The notes below the pieces were generated by a model. It made no database searches. It saw only the letters and a program-made list of their open reading frames with translations, and had not been told where the DNA came from. A stretch of 64,000 nt of DNA from Squalus acanthias. Taxonomy: Eukaryota. A program made the translations under genes and the position numbers. Positions within the stretch are counted from its first letter, which is position 1, and every line of letters starts with the position of its first letter. Positions 35,297 through 48,275 of the stretch are shown here, in pieces. The stretch lies in contig CM059433.1 in the NCBI GenBank assembly GCA_030390025.1, forward strand, positions 18,664,001 to 18,728,000, in the 5' to 3' direction.

Positions 35297-38200
35297 TTTT
35301 TTTTTAAATTTGTTTATGGGATGTGGGCATCGCTGGCAAGGCCAACATTTATTGCCCGTCCCTAATTGCCCCTGAGAAGGTGGTGGTGAGCCGCCTTCTT
35401 GAACCGCTGCAGTCCGTGTGGTGAAGGTACTCCCACAGTGCTGTTAGGGAGGGAGTTCCAGGATTTTGACCCAGCGACGATGAAGGAACGGCGATATACT
35501 TCTAAGTCAGGATGGTGTGTGACTTGGAGGGGAAATTGGAGGTGGTGGTGTTCCCATGCGCCTGCTGCCTTTGTCCTTCTAGGTGGAAGAGGTCGCAGGT
35601 TTAGGAGGTGCTGCCGAAGAAGCCTTGGTGAGTTGCTGCAGTGCATCTTGTAGATGGTACACACTGCAGCTACGGTATGCCGGTGGTGGAGGGAGTGAAT
35701 GTTTAAGGTGGTGGATGGGTTGCCAATCAGGCTGCTTCGTCCTGGATGGTGTCGAGCTCCTTGAGTGTTGTTGGAGCTGCACTCATCCAGGCAAGTGGAG
35801 AGTATTCCATCACACTCCTTACTTGTGCTGTTAGGTGGAAAGGCTTTGGGGAGTCAGGAGGTGAGACATTTGCTGCAGAATACCTAGCCTCTGACCTGCT
35901 CGTGTTGCCACAGTATTTATGTGGCTGGTCCAGTTAAATTTCTGGTCAATGGTGACCCCCAGGATGTTGATGGTGGAGATTCGGCGATGGTAATGCCGTT
36001 GGATGTCAAGGGGAGGTGGTTAGACGCTTGCTTGTTGGAGATAGTCATTGCCTGGCACTTCTGTGGCGCGAATGTTACCTGCCACTTATCAGCCCAAGCC
36101 TGAATGTCGTCCAGGTCTTGTTGCATGCGGGCATGGACTGCTTCATTATCTGACGAATGTGAATGGCACTGAACACTGTGCAGTCATCAGCGAGCATCCC
36201 TACTTCTGACCTTATGTTGGAGGGAAGGTCATTGATAAAGCAGCTGAAGATGGTTGGGCCTAGGACATTGCCCTGAGGAACTCCTGCAGCGATGTCCTGG
36301 GGTTGTGATGATTGATCTTCAACCACCACAACCATCTTCCTTTGTGCTAGGTATGACTCCAGCCAGTGGAGCGTTTTCCCCCTGATTCCCATTGACTTCA
36401 GTTTTACTAGGGCTCCTTGATGCCACACACGGTCAAATGCTGCCTTGATGTCAAGGGCAGTCACTCTCACCTCACCTCTGGAATGCAGCTCTTTTGTCCG
36501 TGTTTGGACCAAGGCTGTAATGAGGTTGGGGGCCGAGTGGTCTTGGCGGAACCCAAACTGTGCATCAGTGAGCAGGTTATTGGTGAGTAAGTGCCGCTTG
36601 ATAGCACTGTTGATGACACCTTCCATCACTTTGCTGATGATTGAGAGTAGACTGATGGGGCGGTAATTGGCCGGATTGGATTTGTCCTGCTTTTTGTGGG
36701 TGGTTTTCCACATTGTCGGATAGATGCCAGTGTTGTAGCTGTACTGGAATAGCTTGGCTAGAGGCGCGGCTAGTTCTGGAGCACAAGTCGTCAGCACGAT
36801 AGCGGGATGTTGTCGGGGCCCAGAGCCTTTGCTGTATCCAGTGCGCTCAGCCGTTTCTTGATATCACATGGAGTAAATCGAATTGGCTGAAGACTGGCTT
36901 CTGTGATGGTGGGGACCTTAGGAATAGGCCGATATGGATCATCCACTCGGTACTTCTGGCTGAAGATGGTTGCAAACGCTTCAGCCTTGTCTTTTGCACT
37001 CACATGCTGGGCTCCACCATCATTGAGGATGAGGATATTCATGGAGCCTCCTCCTCCTCCTGTTAGTTGTTTAATGGTCCACCACCACTCACGACTGGAT
37101 GTGGCAGGACCGCAGAGCTTTGATCTGATACGTTGATTGTGGGATCGCTTAGCCCTGTCTATAGCATGCTGCTTCTGCTTTTTAGCATGCATGTAGTCCT
37201 GTGTTGCAGCTTCCCCAGGTTGGCACCTCATTTTTAGGTACGCCTGGTGCTGCTACTGGCATGCTCTTCTACACTCCTTATTAGAAACATAGAATCTAGG
37301 AGCAGGAGTAGGCCATTCGGCCCGTCGAGCCTGCTCCACCATTCAATACGATCATGGCTGATCATCCAAATCCAGTACCCCGTCCCTGCTTTAATCCCCA
37401 CAGTACACATATCCCACCCTACCCCCGTAACCCCACGTATTTAATTCCCCCTAACATATCCCATCCTATCCCCATAACCCCACATATTTAATCCCCCCCT
37501 AACACTAAGGGTCAATTTATCATAGCCAAATCAACCTAACCCGCACATATTGAACCAGGGTTGGTCCCCTGGCTTGATGGTAATGGTAGAGTGAGGGATC
37601 TGCCGGGCCATGAGGTTACAGATTGGGGTGGAATACAATTCTGCTGCTGCTGATGGCCCACAGCACCTCATGGATGCCCAATTTTGAGCTGCTTGATCTG
37701 TTCTGAATCTATCCCATTTAGCACGGTGGTAATGCCACACAACACGATGGAGGGTATCCTCAGTGTGAAGACGGGACTTCATCTCCACAATGACTGTGTG
37801 GTGGTCACTGATACCAATACGGTCATGATGCATCTGACAGGTAGATTGGTGAGGACGAGGTCAAGTAGGTTTTTCCCTCATGTTGGTTCACTCACCACCT
37901 GTTGCAGGCCCAGACTGGCAGCTATGTCCTTCAGGACTCAGCCAGCTCGGTCAGTAGTGGTGCTACCGAGCCACTCTTGGTGATGGACATTGAAGTCCCC
38001 CACCCAGAGTACATTCTGTGCCCTTGCTACTCTCAGTGCTTCTTCCAAGTGGTGTTCAACTTGGAGGAGTACTGATTCATCAGCTGAGGTAGGTGGTAAT
38101 CAGCAGGAGGTTCCCTTGCCCATGCTTGACCTGAAGCCATGAGACTTCATGGGGTCCAGAGTCAATGTTGAGGACTCCCAGGGCCACTCCTTCCCGACTG

Positions 38201-38764
38201 TATACCACTGTGGGACAGGACATACCCAGGGATGGTGATGGAGGAGTTTGGGGCATTGGCTGAAAGGTATAATTCTGTGAGTATGACTATGTCAGGCTGT
38301 TGCTTGACTAGTCTCCCAATTTTGGCACAAGTCCCCAGATGTTGGTGAGGAGGACTTTGCAGGGACGACTGGGCTGGGTGTGCCAGTTCCGAGGTCGAAG
38401 CCGGGTGCTCCGTCCGGTTTCATTCTTATTATTGTGTTTCGTAGCGGTTTGTTACAACTGAGTGACTTGCTCGGCAATTTCAGAGGGCAGCTAAGAGTCA
38501 ACCACATTGCTGTGGGTCTGGAGTCACGTATAGGCCAGACCAGGTAACGATGGCAGATCTCCTTCCCTAAAGGACATTAGTGAAGCAGATGGGTTTTTAC
38601 GACAATCCAATAGTTTCATGGTTACCATTACTGATACTAGCGTTTTTTAATTCCAGATTTATTTACTTAACTGAATTTAAATTCCCCAGCTGCCGTGGTG
38701 GATCATTAGTCCAGGCCTCTGGATTAGTAGCCCAGTGACATTACCACGATGCTACCGTACCCGA
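35297..38764 (-). mobile_element. Near full-length LINE (APE + RT, frameshifted) with tRNA/SINE-like 5' head and poly(A) tail
   Basis: APE start LLTNIWGLVPKLG...QPDIVILTE near 38360; RT NYRPISLL, QFGFR, LDIKAAFDRVWH, GVPQG.VLGP, (F)ADD; possible TSD CAGCT at 35292-35296 and 38765-38769. Confidence 0.9.
37283..37547 (-). mobile_element. 5'-truncated V-SINE-type 3' fragment inserted in the LINE
   Basis: Matches part of 16498-16805; TSD TATT restores ctccTTATTgaacc. Confidence 0.75.
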
Positions 38765-39735
38765 CAGCTAACTTACATCTATTGCTTTTTTATTGAAAGA
38801 ATGCTTTAACTGCTAAATAAGGAGAAATGATATAAATAACATATTAAATGTTGAGTAGTTCATAAAAAGAATTGTGGCAAATAAACTACCGATGTCTTTT
38901 CTTGTAAAATTAAGAAAAAAGCTTCTGGCCGTGCATTGAGTGCATATTTCTGCATATTTTAACCAGAAAAAAAAACTTTTAAATATTAATGACATTTACT
39001 GAGTTAAATGTTAAAAATAATATCTTTTTCTTTGACTGTTTCCCTTCTGGAAGGTGCTAACTTCTGCTGGGTAGTTTCACCGCTGCTGTCCGCCCTCACT
39101 TACCTCAGCCCTAAATTGGCCGTGGTTCGACTCGACATGTTCCTACAGATAAGCTGCAAATAAATGCAAATCTAAAGCTGTAGTGTAAACAGGGCTTTCC
39201 AATGTTTTCATGCATGAGGAATTAAGGCACAAAACCCCTGTCAGGTTACAGCCCCTAGTATTATTCATGACTCTAAATGATGTGGCATTGGTGCCTTCCA
39301 CAATGCTTATCATGGATTGTGTGTGCGGTGCCTAAAATTAGAACTGACACAAAGGGGTTCTGTTTCCAGGATTAGGTGTCAAATTTATGTAAATTTAAAA
39401 TGATTACAAAAAAAATGCCTCCGGAAATAATTGTAGAATAACTGCTACCAGAGGTAAATGCAGAATCGAGCCTGGTCAGAAAGTTTGGGTGAGCTTGTTG
39501 GTTTACTAAACAGATTCTGAATGGGCAGGCTCAGTGTTTTATTCTGCGTTTGATAATGCGTCACTGCAGAAGCTGAACACTGTCACATCAGTGTCTGTGG
39601 AATTGCACTAAGCAATTGTAGTTCTTAGTGTGTCACATGTTAGATCAAAAGTTACCACCAAAAGACTTGGATGTTATAATGTGAATATGGTGGCACTGAG
39701 TTCCTTAGCCTTTCCAGGCCTTTTAGCAATACTAT

Positions 39736-40458
39736 GGGCCGTATTTTGCGACTCCTATGGGTGCGTACGAGGTGCGCACGCGCCCGTAGGGGCCGCGCAA
39801 GTTCTGGGTTTAGGCGTGCGAAGCACTTGCGCTGAAACCCGGCACTTGCGATCTGTCAAGAATCTTCTTGACAGATCCTCCGCATCCCCGGGAAAAGGGC
39901 ATTCGCGGGCGGAGAGTTGCGCTATTTGCCCAACTTCCGCCCGCTGAATGCCCGTGAAATTCTTACGCCTGGTAAAAGCAGACGTAAGGCCTGCTTGTAC
40001 CAGCATAAGAGTTTAAAAAAAAATAAAAATAAAATGTTATCACTCATTTATACATTAAAAACCCTGTCAATAAGGTAAGTTTATTTTTAGCCGTTAAAAC
40101 ATATAAATTTAATTTTTGTTTAAAATATTTAATTAAATGGCATTTTAATTAATTTTAAATATGTAATTTTAAAAAAAAATTATTTCATGTGTTCATGTAT
40201 TTTTTAAGTGATCCCCGTTCATACTTATGGGGTTTCAGTACGTACGGAACTCCCATAAGTATGAATGGGGATTCCCTTCTTTTATTGGTTGGGCTGGACG
40301 CATGCGCCCCTGGGATACCTGGGCCTCTGCCGGCGCGTACCCGGAGAGGCCCAGGATCGCGAGTCTCCATACCTCCCGGGCCACCAGGTAAATACGTCGA
40401 TTTTTTGCTGGTCGGAGGCCTCTGCCCGCGGGAAGCCTCCGATCGCAAATGTTGGGCC
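39736..40458. mobile_element. Harbinger-type MITE with AT-rich core
   Basis: Imperfect TIR GGGCCGTATTTTGCGA / TCGCAAATGTTGGGCC; CpG-rich arms; core AAGGTAAGTTTATTTTTAGC shared with the 41469 element. Confidence 0.65.
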
Positions 40459-41468
40459 ATTGTGCTTAATCCACCCTGATTAATCATCCAGTATACCTCA
40501 ACAATAGCAGACTCCATACATACAGCTAGCGCATTTTAAAATCCTGAATACATTGCAATGTGAAATTAAATATATACAAGGACGAGTTTACCGGTCACCA
40601 GCCAGAAGTACTGATGAGGTTCCCTTTGAACTCTTCACTCCACTGCAAAGTCTTTTCAGGACAAGAACAGGAAACCAGTAACACCATCCAATCCCACTCA
40701 TCTCAAATGCGCCACAACTGTGTGACGCCCAGACTCATGGGATAGTTTCCTCACAGGCGAGACTGTTGCCTCCTTGCCACACTTACTGTAAATGCACTGG
40801 CAGGAGGCAGAGGCAGCATTGAGAAAGTGTTGGAGCAACACTATTCAGTTATCAGTGGCAGTATATGCATTAACATCAGGCGGTTTAAATTTTCGAGGCT
40901 CGCGACGGTCTCTCCATCGCTGACCATGGGAGTTGGAACGATTATGGGCAACTCCCAGGAGCCTGGGAAATTTGAAACAGCCAAAAGGGCTAACGTGTCC
41001 GTGCTGCTGCTGCTGACACATTCACATATCCAACTTTGCCGCGTATCTGTATACACCTTGGTATCAAGAGGGTCAGAGATACAGGTTCTAGTGTAATAGA
41101 TTTTTCAAATGCATTGTGGCTACTGTAATTCAAAAATATTCATTTGTTCCTTACATTCATTTGTTGCTTACATACTATTCCTCTATAAGTTCCCTGCTCA
41201 CAAAGGTTCCATGTTCACTGTCTGAAAACTCTGCGTGCCCCATGTGGTACCAGGCTGTTTTAGTTTGCACCACTGTTGGAGGTGTCAGCTGGTGTACATT
41301 CTCCATCAGCCTGGTGTAATATAGAATTAGCTAGCTTAACCAAACAATGAACCAGATAAAATTGTACTTCAAAACATGTATGTTGTTACTTCAAGATCTG
41401 CAATCTCTTCAAGTCGGAATGGCGAGAAAGCAAAGTTTAAAACCTTTGTCATCTTTGCACATATATAT

Positions 41469-42175
41469 GGGCCAGAAATTAGGCACTTGCCGGGTGAGTA
41501 CGCGCTGTGTACTCACCCGTAAGGCCACCTGAAGTGCCGGTTTCCTGCATGCACTGCGCATGCGCGGGAAACCGGAACTTCCGGTCTGGTGAAGGGAGGG
41601 GTTGAGAGGTGAACCGCGTGCGCGGGAGAGGCTGCGCGCACGCAGCGAACTTCGTTTTTTTTTCAGGTTTCTCCGGGAGGGTAAGTATTGAAGAAGCTGC
41701 GCTTTTAAAAAGGAGGCGCAAGACCCGTTTTTAACAAGGTAAGTGGTTAATTAATTACAATTTAAAAAAAATTTCAACAGGTTTATCTTTTTTAGATACT
41801 TTAAAGAAAGGTAAGTTTATTTTTAGCACTGTTAAAAAGTATTTTAATTTTTTCAAAAATTAAAATTTTTGTTTAAAGTAGTTAATTTATTTAACTTATA
41901 GTTATTTTAAAAATGTGATGGTTTTTTAAAATTTATTTGAAGTTTAGGTGTTTTGGGGCCGATTTCAATTCATAGATTTGACAGGTCCTGCTGCCATTGG
42001 CTCTCCATGGTCCACGTGATCCCAGGGGACGCATCGCACTAACTACGCCCCTGGGATACACAAGCACCGCGCGCCGGCAGCTGCAGGAGGCCCAGAGGTC
42101 AACGGCAGGCGCGGTAGGTAGGTGCGCGCGCGATCCTTGCACCCGCGGGAAGCCAGGGAGCTGAATTTCTGGCCC
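41469..42175. mobile_element. Harbinger-type MITE with AT-rich core
   Basis: Perfect TIR GGGCCAGAAATT/AATTTCTGGCCC; flanks TAT/ATA are not a clean TSD. Confidence 0.75.
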
Positions 42176-44185
42176 ATAAATATTTTACAATACTGCAAGC
42201 TCCAGCAGCACTAACATACCTATCACCTAATAACTCAAACCAAATAAACTATTTTTATATAACAAAACGAGTCTTTAAAACACCGATACTTTAAGAAGCA
42301 TGATGAGCAAGGCAATAGTTCTGAAGCTTTTTCAGCTGGATGGAACTGTCGATCTGTTTCGATACTGGGCTGTTATTGTAGGTGACCATGTACAAAACTA
42401 TGAGCCTAGGAAGTCAAAAGTTGCTTTTATACTGGTGCTTGTTTAGGTTGGATTGAAAAAACCAGCATTGGTGAGCTGGCTCCTGACCTTTACGTTGCTA
42501 AATCTCGTTCCCTTACCCTGGTGGCATGATTCTAGCCCCGGTTTTTTGTGTCATCTTTACACATATTAACAAACCCTTGGTTACTTTGAACCCTCAGTCA
42601 TTCCTTCTGGGTAATGTGGAGAGCTGCGAAAACTAAAGTTTGACAAGCAAGCACAAATAATATAAGTACAAATAAATAACATGAAGGTGAGTGCACACTC
42701 ACCAAAAATAAAGAGGTGAGAATGTAAATCCTGCTGTTACTACATTTTGTGGTTGCTGCCAAGACATAATTCGAAGCTGTGATGTTACTAGCTTATATTT
42801 GAACAGTTATTTTCCCACAGTGTTAGTACGATTTTATCAATTTATTAAGCTAATGTTAAATATAAAAACAGCTGGTGCTTCCAGAATCGTTCATGATTTT
42901 TCACTTCAAGGAACAATTTTTTCACTTTCCCCTCACCCAATCCTAAGCTTTATTACTGATGCTATCAGCGAACAAATACTTAATAGCTTTGTATGACAAC
43001 CTGTGTCCTTTATTTTAGCACAAGGATTAACCTAGCTATTTTAAAAGGGTTAACACCTGAACTGAAATAGCAGATAAAGGAATATCGTACAAAAGCATTC
43101 AGCATTTGGCCACTAATATCGCCACGGGTAATTTCTCGGTTACTGTTGTCTATTTTTCCCCTCTTTTAGGTTCATCACACTGAACTACTTGAAGGAACTT
43201 TCCAATATTTTCACTACAGCACTGAAAGTACTATGGATAATGCTTTTGTTTATTTTGTTCTTTTACAGGTCATTGTTACACGAAAACTTGCCAAATTTTG
43301 CATTACCGTGCACAAGATTGATGCACCTGCTGAGTTAGAAGCTCTAAAGGCCACGGACAGTAAAATAGCGCAGACAAGAGGAGACTTATATTAGGAGGTA
43401 AGTCCTTAACGTCGGAGTAAAGTACTGCAGACAGCACCTGAGCAAATGTTACCTTTACATTAAACATTCAGGTACAGATGTAGAACACTGTGGGGTTGAA
43501 ATCACACTGTACGATACAGTAATGAAGGTGTTAATGAATTTGTGTGAAACTTTAACAAATAGCATTCACCCATTAAAAGAAAGGGCTCAGTTAAAATAGC
43601 GAACAAAAGGATTCCATATGAATGCATTAATGCGCTCATGACTTTAGCTAATATGTTTTTATGCTTCACTTATGTTATCTGTTCCGCTCTTTTTAAGATA
43701 TTGTAAACAAAAGGTCATTGTGCAGACAGCATGCTGCCAACTTCTGCCACTGCTGTTCTCTACCTGTCTCTTTGGAGGTCCTCAAGAAACACCACCCTTG
43801 CCCCAATCTGTACTTCCCATAAGGGAGTGGCTAAGACCAGGAACTCCCCAAAAAGCATAGATTGGGGGGTGGCGGGCGAGTACTGTAGACACAGTCACAC
43901 CTTACTACCCCATACACCACCCTTCTTCGGAACATATAGCATCTTCCGTGGTGCTGGAACTGCGACGACCCTGAGTGCATTGTGAAATACGATTTCCTTA
44001 AATACTGGGACACTTGGTACAAATGCTTTACTGTCAGCAGGGCCTTATTGCTCACTCACACAAATCGATGGTTTATTACTTTTTAGACCCAGAGCTCAAA
44101 GCAGTCAGAAGCTGCAACAGAACATCCATTTCACTTCATCTAAATTCCCAAACGCAAACCTTCAAAGTTTTACAGAATAGTAAGT

Positions 44186-44935
44186 ACAACAACAACAACA
44201 ACAACTTGTATTTATATAGCACCTTTAACGTAGTAAAACGTCCCAAGGCGCTTCACAGGAGTATTTTAAAGACAAAAAATTTGACACTGATCCACATAAG
44301 GATAAATTAGGACAGGTGACCAAAAGCTTGGTCAAAGAGATAGGTTTTAAGGAGCGTCCTAAAGGAGGAAAGAGAGGTAGCGAGGCGGACAGGTTTATGC
44401 AGGGAATTCCAGAGCTTAGGGCCTAGGCAACAGAAGGCACGGCCACCAATGGTTGAGCGATTATAATCAGGGATGCTCAAGAGGGCAGAATTAGAGGAGC
44501 GCAGATATCTCGGGGGTTGTGGGGCTGAAGAAGATGACAGAGATAGGAAGGGGTAAGGCCGTGGATGGATTTGAAAACAAGGATGAGAATTTTGAAATCG
44601 AGTCGCTGCTTAACCGGGAGCCAGTGTAGGTCAGCGAGCACAGGGGAGTTGGGTGAACGGGACTTGGTGCGAGTTAGGACACGGGCAGCCGAGTTTTGGA
44701 TGACCTCAAGTTTACGTAGGGTGGAATGTGGGAGGCCAGCCAGGAGTGTGTTGGAATAGTCAAGTCTAGAGGTAATAAAGGCATGGATGAGGGTTTCAGC
44801 AGCGGATGAGCTGAGGCAGGGGCGGAGACGGGCGATGTTACGGAGCTGGAAGTAGGCGGTCTTTGTTATGCCGCGGATATGTGGTCAGAAGCTCATTTCA
44901 GGGTCAAATATGACACCAAGGTTGCAAACAGTGTG
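44186..44935 (-). mobile_element. L2 LINE 3' fragment
   Basis: Reverse complement of the 7940-8665 family; (CAA)n tail. Confidence 0.85.
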
Positions 44936-46320
44936 GTGCATCCATTCACATGGCTGAGACATAACCCGGGAAAACTGACCACTTGCATGTTCCTAGCACG
45001 CGGCCTCAGCCGACAGGAGTGAAGATATCAGGAAATCACGGGTGTGCAGCCAATGGTTTTCCATCCAACGAATGGACAGAAAAACGTGGGCCACTGGGCA
45101 CGCAATTTCCTGCTATGTGCACCCACTGGCCTAGGCTTTGTACCAGGCCCGTGGAACTGTCCTCTCTCATTTACACAGAGCCCTTTTTCTATCAGCAGCT
45201 GCTATTATTTGCAGTATTCATGGCTCAAAACTTCTCTATTGGAAACCACTGCTTCCTGTTACACAAAGGCCCTTTTTGGAGTGATGAGCTAATGTTGACG
45301 GTATTGTGGATTTCTGACAAGTACAGAGCGAGTGCTCCAAAAATATTAGGGGTAATTGCACAACCTCAGGCTCCGAAAGGCGAGCGGACACTCTCTGCAT
45401 CCACGGCTTCTAGCTGGAAGCTCAGGATCTTACAATTAACGGTTATGTATCGGTCAGAGTTAAACCGCACGTAAAGACAATGGGGTTGAAAATCTATGTC
45501 CGTTCTGGCATACGCCTGCTGTAACTTTGGCAGGTGTCCGCTGGAAAGGACGGAAACTAGGCTGCGAACTCGATACACCGACTCTCGGCCCTGAACTCTG
45601 GTTTCTGGACGGCCTTGTGAGGTGGAGCCTTTGCCCGCCCCAAACAAGACCATCGATTTAAAGGGGGCAGGGCTGTGGGACAGGAACTTCCTGGATCCCT
45701 CTGAGGGGTATTAGCTTTCAAAGGGAATATATATGTATGTATATATTATATACCCGTGGTAGCGGAACATCCAGTGATAGAAGGAGTAACGCCTTTCTCC
45801 ATGGCAGATGTGGGATCATGCCTGGGATCCTGATAATTGGCCCGGGAATTTTTTAAAAGCTTTAAGACGTCCTCCTTAAAGATGCCAGAAAGTCCAGTAT
45901 GTGCCCGGGCTCGGGGGGGGGTGGAAACATGGCACCATGCCCCCTAGTCCTGGGCACTTAAACTGAACTTCCTGGCTTCGTCGGTGGAGGAGACACCCCA
46001 GATAAGTTATCAACCTGCCATGGCCATGTAAATTGCGAGACCTCCCCTTTTTGCCAAAAAGTGGAGTGAAATTGATATACTTTTTTTTTTAAGTTTAGTG
46101 TTGCTTGCTAAGGCTCATTAAAGCCTTGTTAATGAACTTTCAGAGTTGAATGCAGTTTTCCACTAGATGAAATAAAAGTGAGCAGATTAAGATCATTTTA
46201 CCCACTCAGCTAGATATAATTCAACCATGGAGTAGTTGAACTGTTTGCCAAACTTCCTGTTCAACATGGATTCTGCTGCAATGGTTACATTGGTGTTACC
46301 AGTTAGCCTCAAACAAAGGC

Positions 46321-46800
46321 GATAGCAAAATACTGCGGATGCTGGAAATCCGAAATAACAACAGAAAACGCTGGAAAAACTCAGCAGGCCAGGCAGCATC
46401 CGTGGAGAGAGAAACAAAGTTAACGTTTCAGGTCGATGACCTTTCGTCAGAACTGGAAAAAAGCAGGAAATGAAATAGATTTAAAGCAAGCATAAAGCTG
46501 GGAAAAGGGGGAGGGGATGAAAGAACAAAAGGAGAGATTAAGAGACATTGAGAGACATCAAGAGATGATCAAGGCAAGAGGAGGTGTTAATGTGACAGGT
46601 TGAGGCTAAATGAAGTGTGAAATGCACTGGCAGAATGAAGGACAGCTGCCAGCTTCTGGGAGGGAAAAAAAAGGGGGGGCCAAACAAAAGGGTGGATGAA
46701 AAAATAAAATATAAATGTGATAGGGGCTGAGGTTATGATCTAAAATTGTTGAACTGATGTTGAGTCCAGAGGGCTGTAGGGTGCCTAAACGAAAGATTGG
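46321..46800 (-). mobile_element. Penelope-like element 3' remnant with intact hammerhead-like motif (46418-46454)
   Basis: Minus strand has IFRLGTLQPSGLNI-type end near 46750-46800, then the terminal repeat. Confidence 0.8.
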
Positions 46801-47584
46801 ACACCAATCCTACCAACTACCATCAGATTTTTAAACAGTCACTTTAAACAACTGAACAGTGCTTGACTGGAAGAACTGTAACATTTTGGAATTTTTACCT
46901 ATTTGGACTGGAAGGGATTTTGTTTTCATTTCTGTTATAATATTGTTATGAAGTTAGATTCAGCTTATAAAGGGATAATTCCCAAGGTTGAAGCTTTCCT
47001 TTTTGACATTAAAAAGCCTTTCATCACTGGACAATAGGTAGCTGGAAATGTTGATGAGCTATCCTGAAAGGAAATGGGACAGTCATTAAACTTACTTCTG
47101 CATATTGCATCCGGGTTGAGATAATAAGAAGTCATTGTGCACATCCCAGAGCAATTCACACCCTGATGTTAGATTGGATTATCGTGCAATACAACTGCCG
47201 GGGGTGGGGGGCAGCTGAATGGACAATTCTGTTCCCACAGGTGTCCACATCAAGGAGGCGGCTTCCCATTCAAGGTAGCAACTTTGTTTGACAGCTCAGC
47301 AAAGCAATCTTCATCACCCAGAATTTGATATAAAATGATAACACGATAAGAAGTTACGGCCATCAATATATAATTAAAAGTCTGTCACACATGAAAGTGT
47401 GCGTTCACAAGTGTCACACCTCAAAGTGCCACTCGTCTGTGGAGCAAAACATAACGAGTGGTTGAAATGAATACCTCTGTTAAATTACCATCAAATGCCA
47501 GATTGACTAAAGGTGGGTGACTTGAAATCAGTTCTGTTCAGTTGCTAGGTGCCAATGAAGAATATGTAAGCATCAGAAAACTGA

Positions 47585-48275
47585 TAAGAACATAAGAAAT
47601 AGGAGCAGGATTAGGCCACTTGGCCCCTCGAGCCTGCTCCGCCATTCAATAAGATCATGGCTGATCTTGGGCTCAAAGCCACTTCCCCGCCCGCTCCCCA
47701 TAACCCTTCACTCCCTTATCTTGCAAAAATTTGTCTATCTCCACTTTAAATGTATTTAATGACCCAGCCTCCACAGCTCTCTGGGGCAGAGAATTCCACA
47801 AATTTACGACCCTCTGAGAGAAGAAGTTCCTCCTCATCTCAGTTCTAAAAGGGCGACCCTTTATTCTAAAACTGTGCCCCCGAGTTCTAGATTTCCCCAT
47901 GAGGGGAAACATCCTCTCTGCATCTACCCTGTCGAGCCCCCTCAGTATCTTATATGTTTCGATAAGATCACCTCTCATTCTTCTAAATTCCAATGAGTAT
48001 AGGCCCAGCCTGCTCAACCTTTCCTCATAAGTCAAACCCCTCATCTCTGGAATTAACCTAGTGAATCGTCTCTGAACTGCCTCCAATGCAAGTATATCCT
48101 TCCTTAAATAAGGAGACCAAAACTGTATGCAGTACTCAAGGTGTGGTCTCACCAATACCCTGTATAGTTGTAGCAGGACTTCCCTGCTTTTATACTCCAA
48201 CCCCCTTGAAATAAAGGCCAACATTCCATTTGCCTTTTTGATTACTTGCTGTACCTGCATGCTAACTTTTTGTGT
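47585..48275 (-). mobile_element. CR1 3' fragment with open ORF2 C-terminus
   Basis: ORF 47673-48293 KKANGMLAFISRG...RPHLEYC.QFWSP...LWNSLP. Confidence 0.92.
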
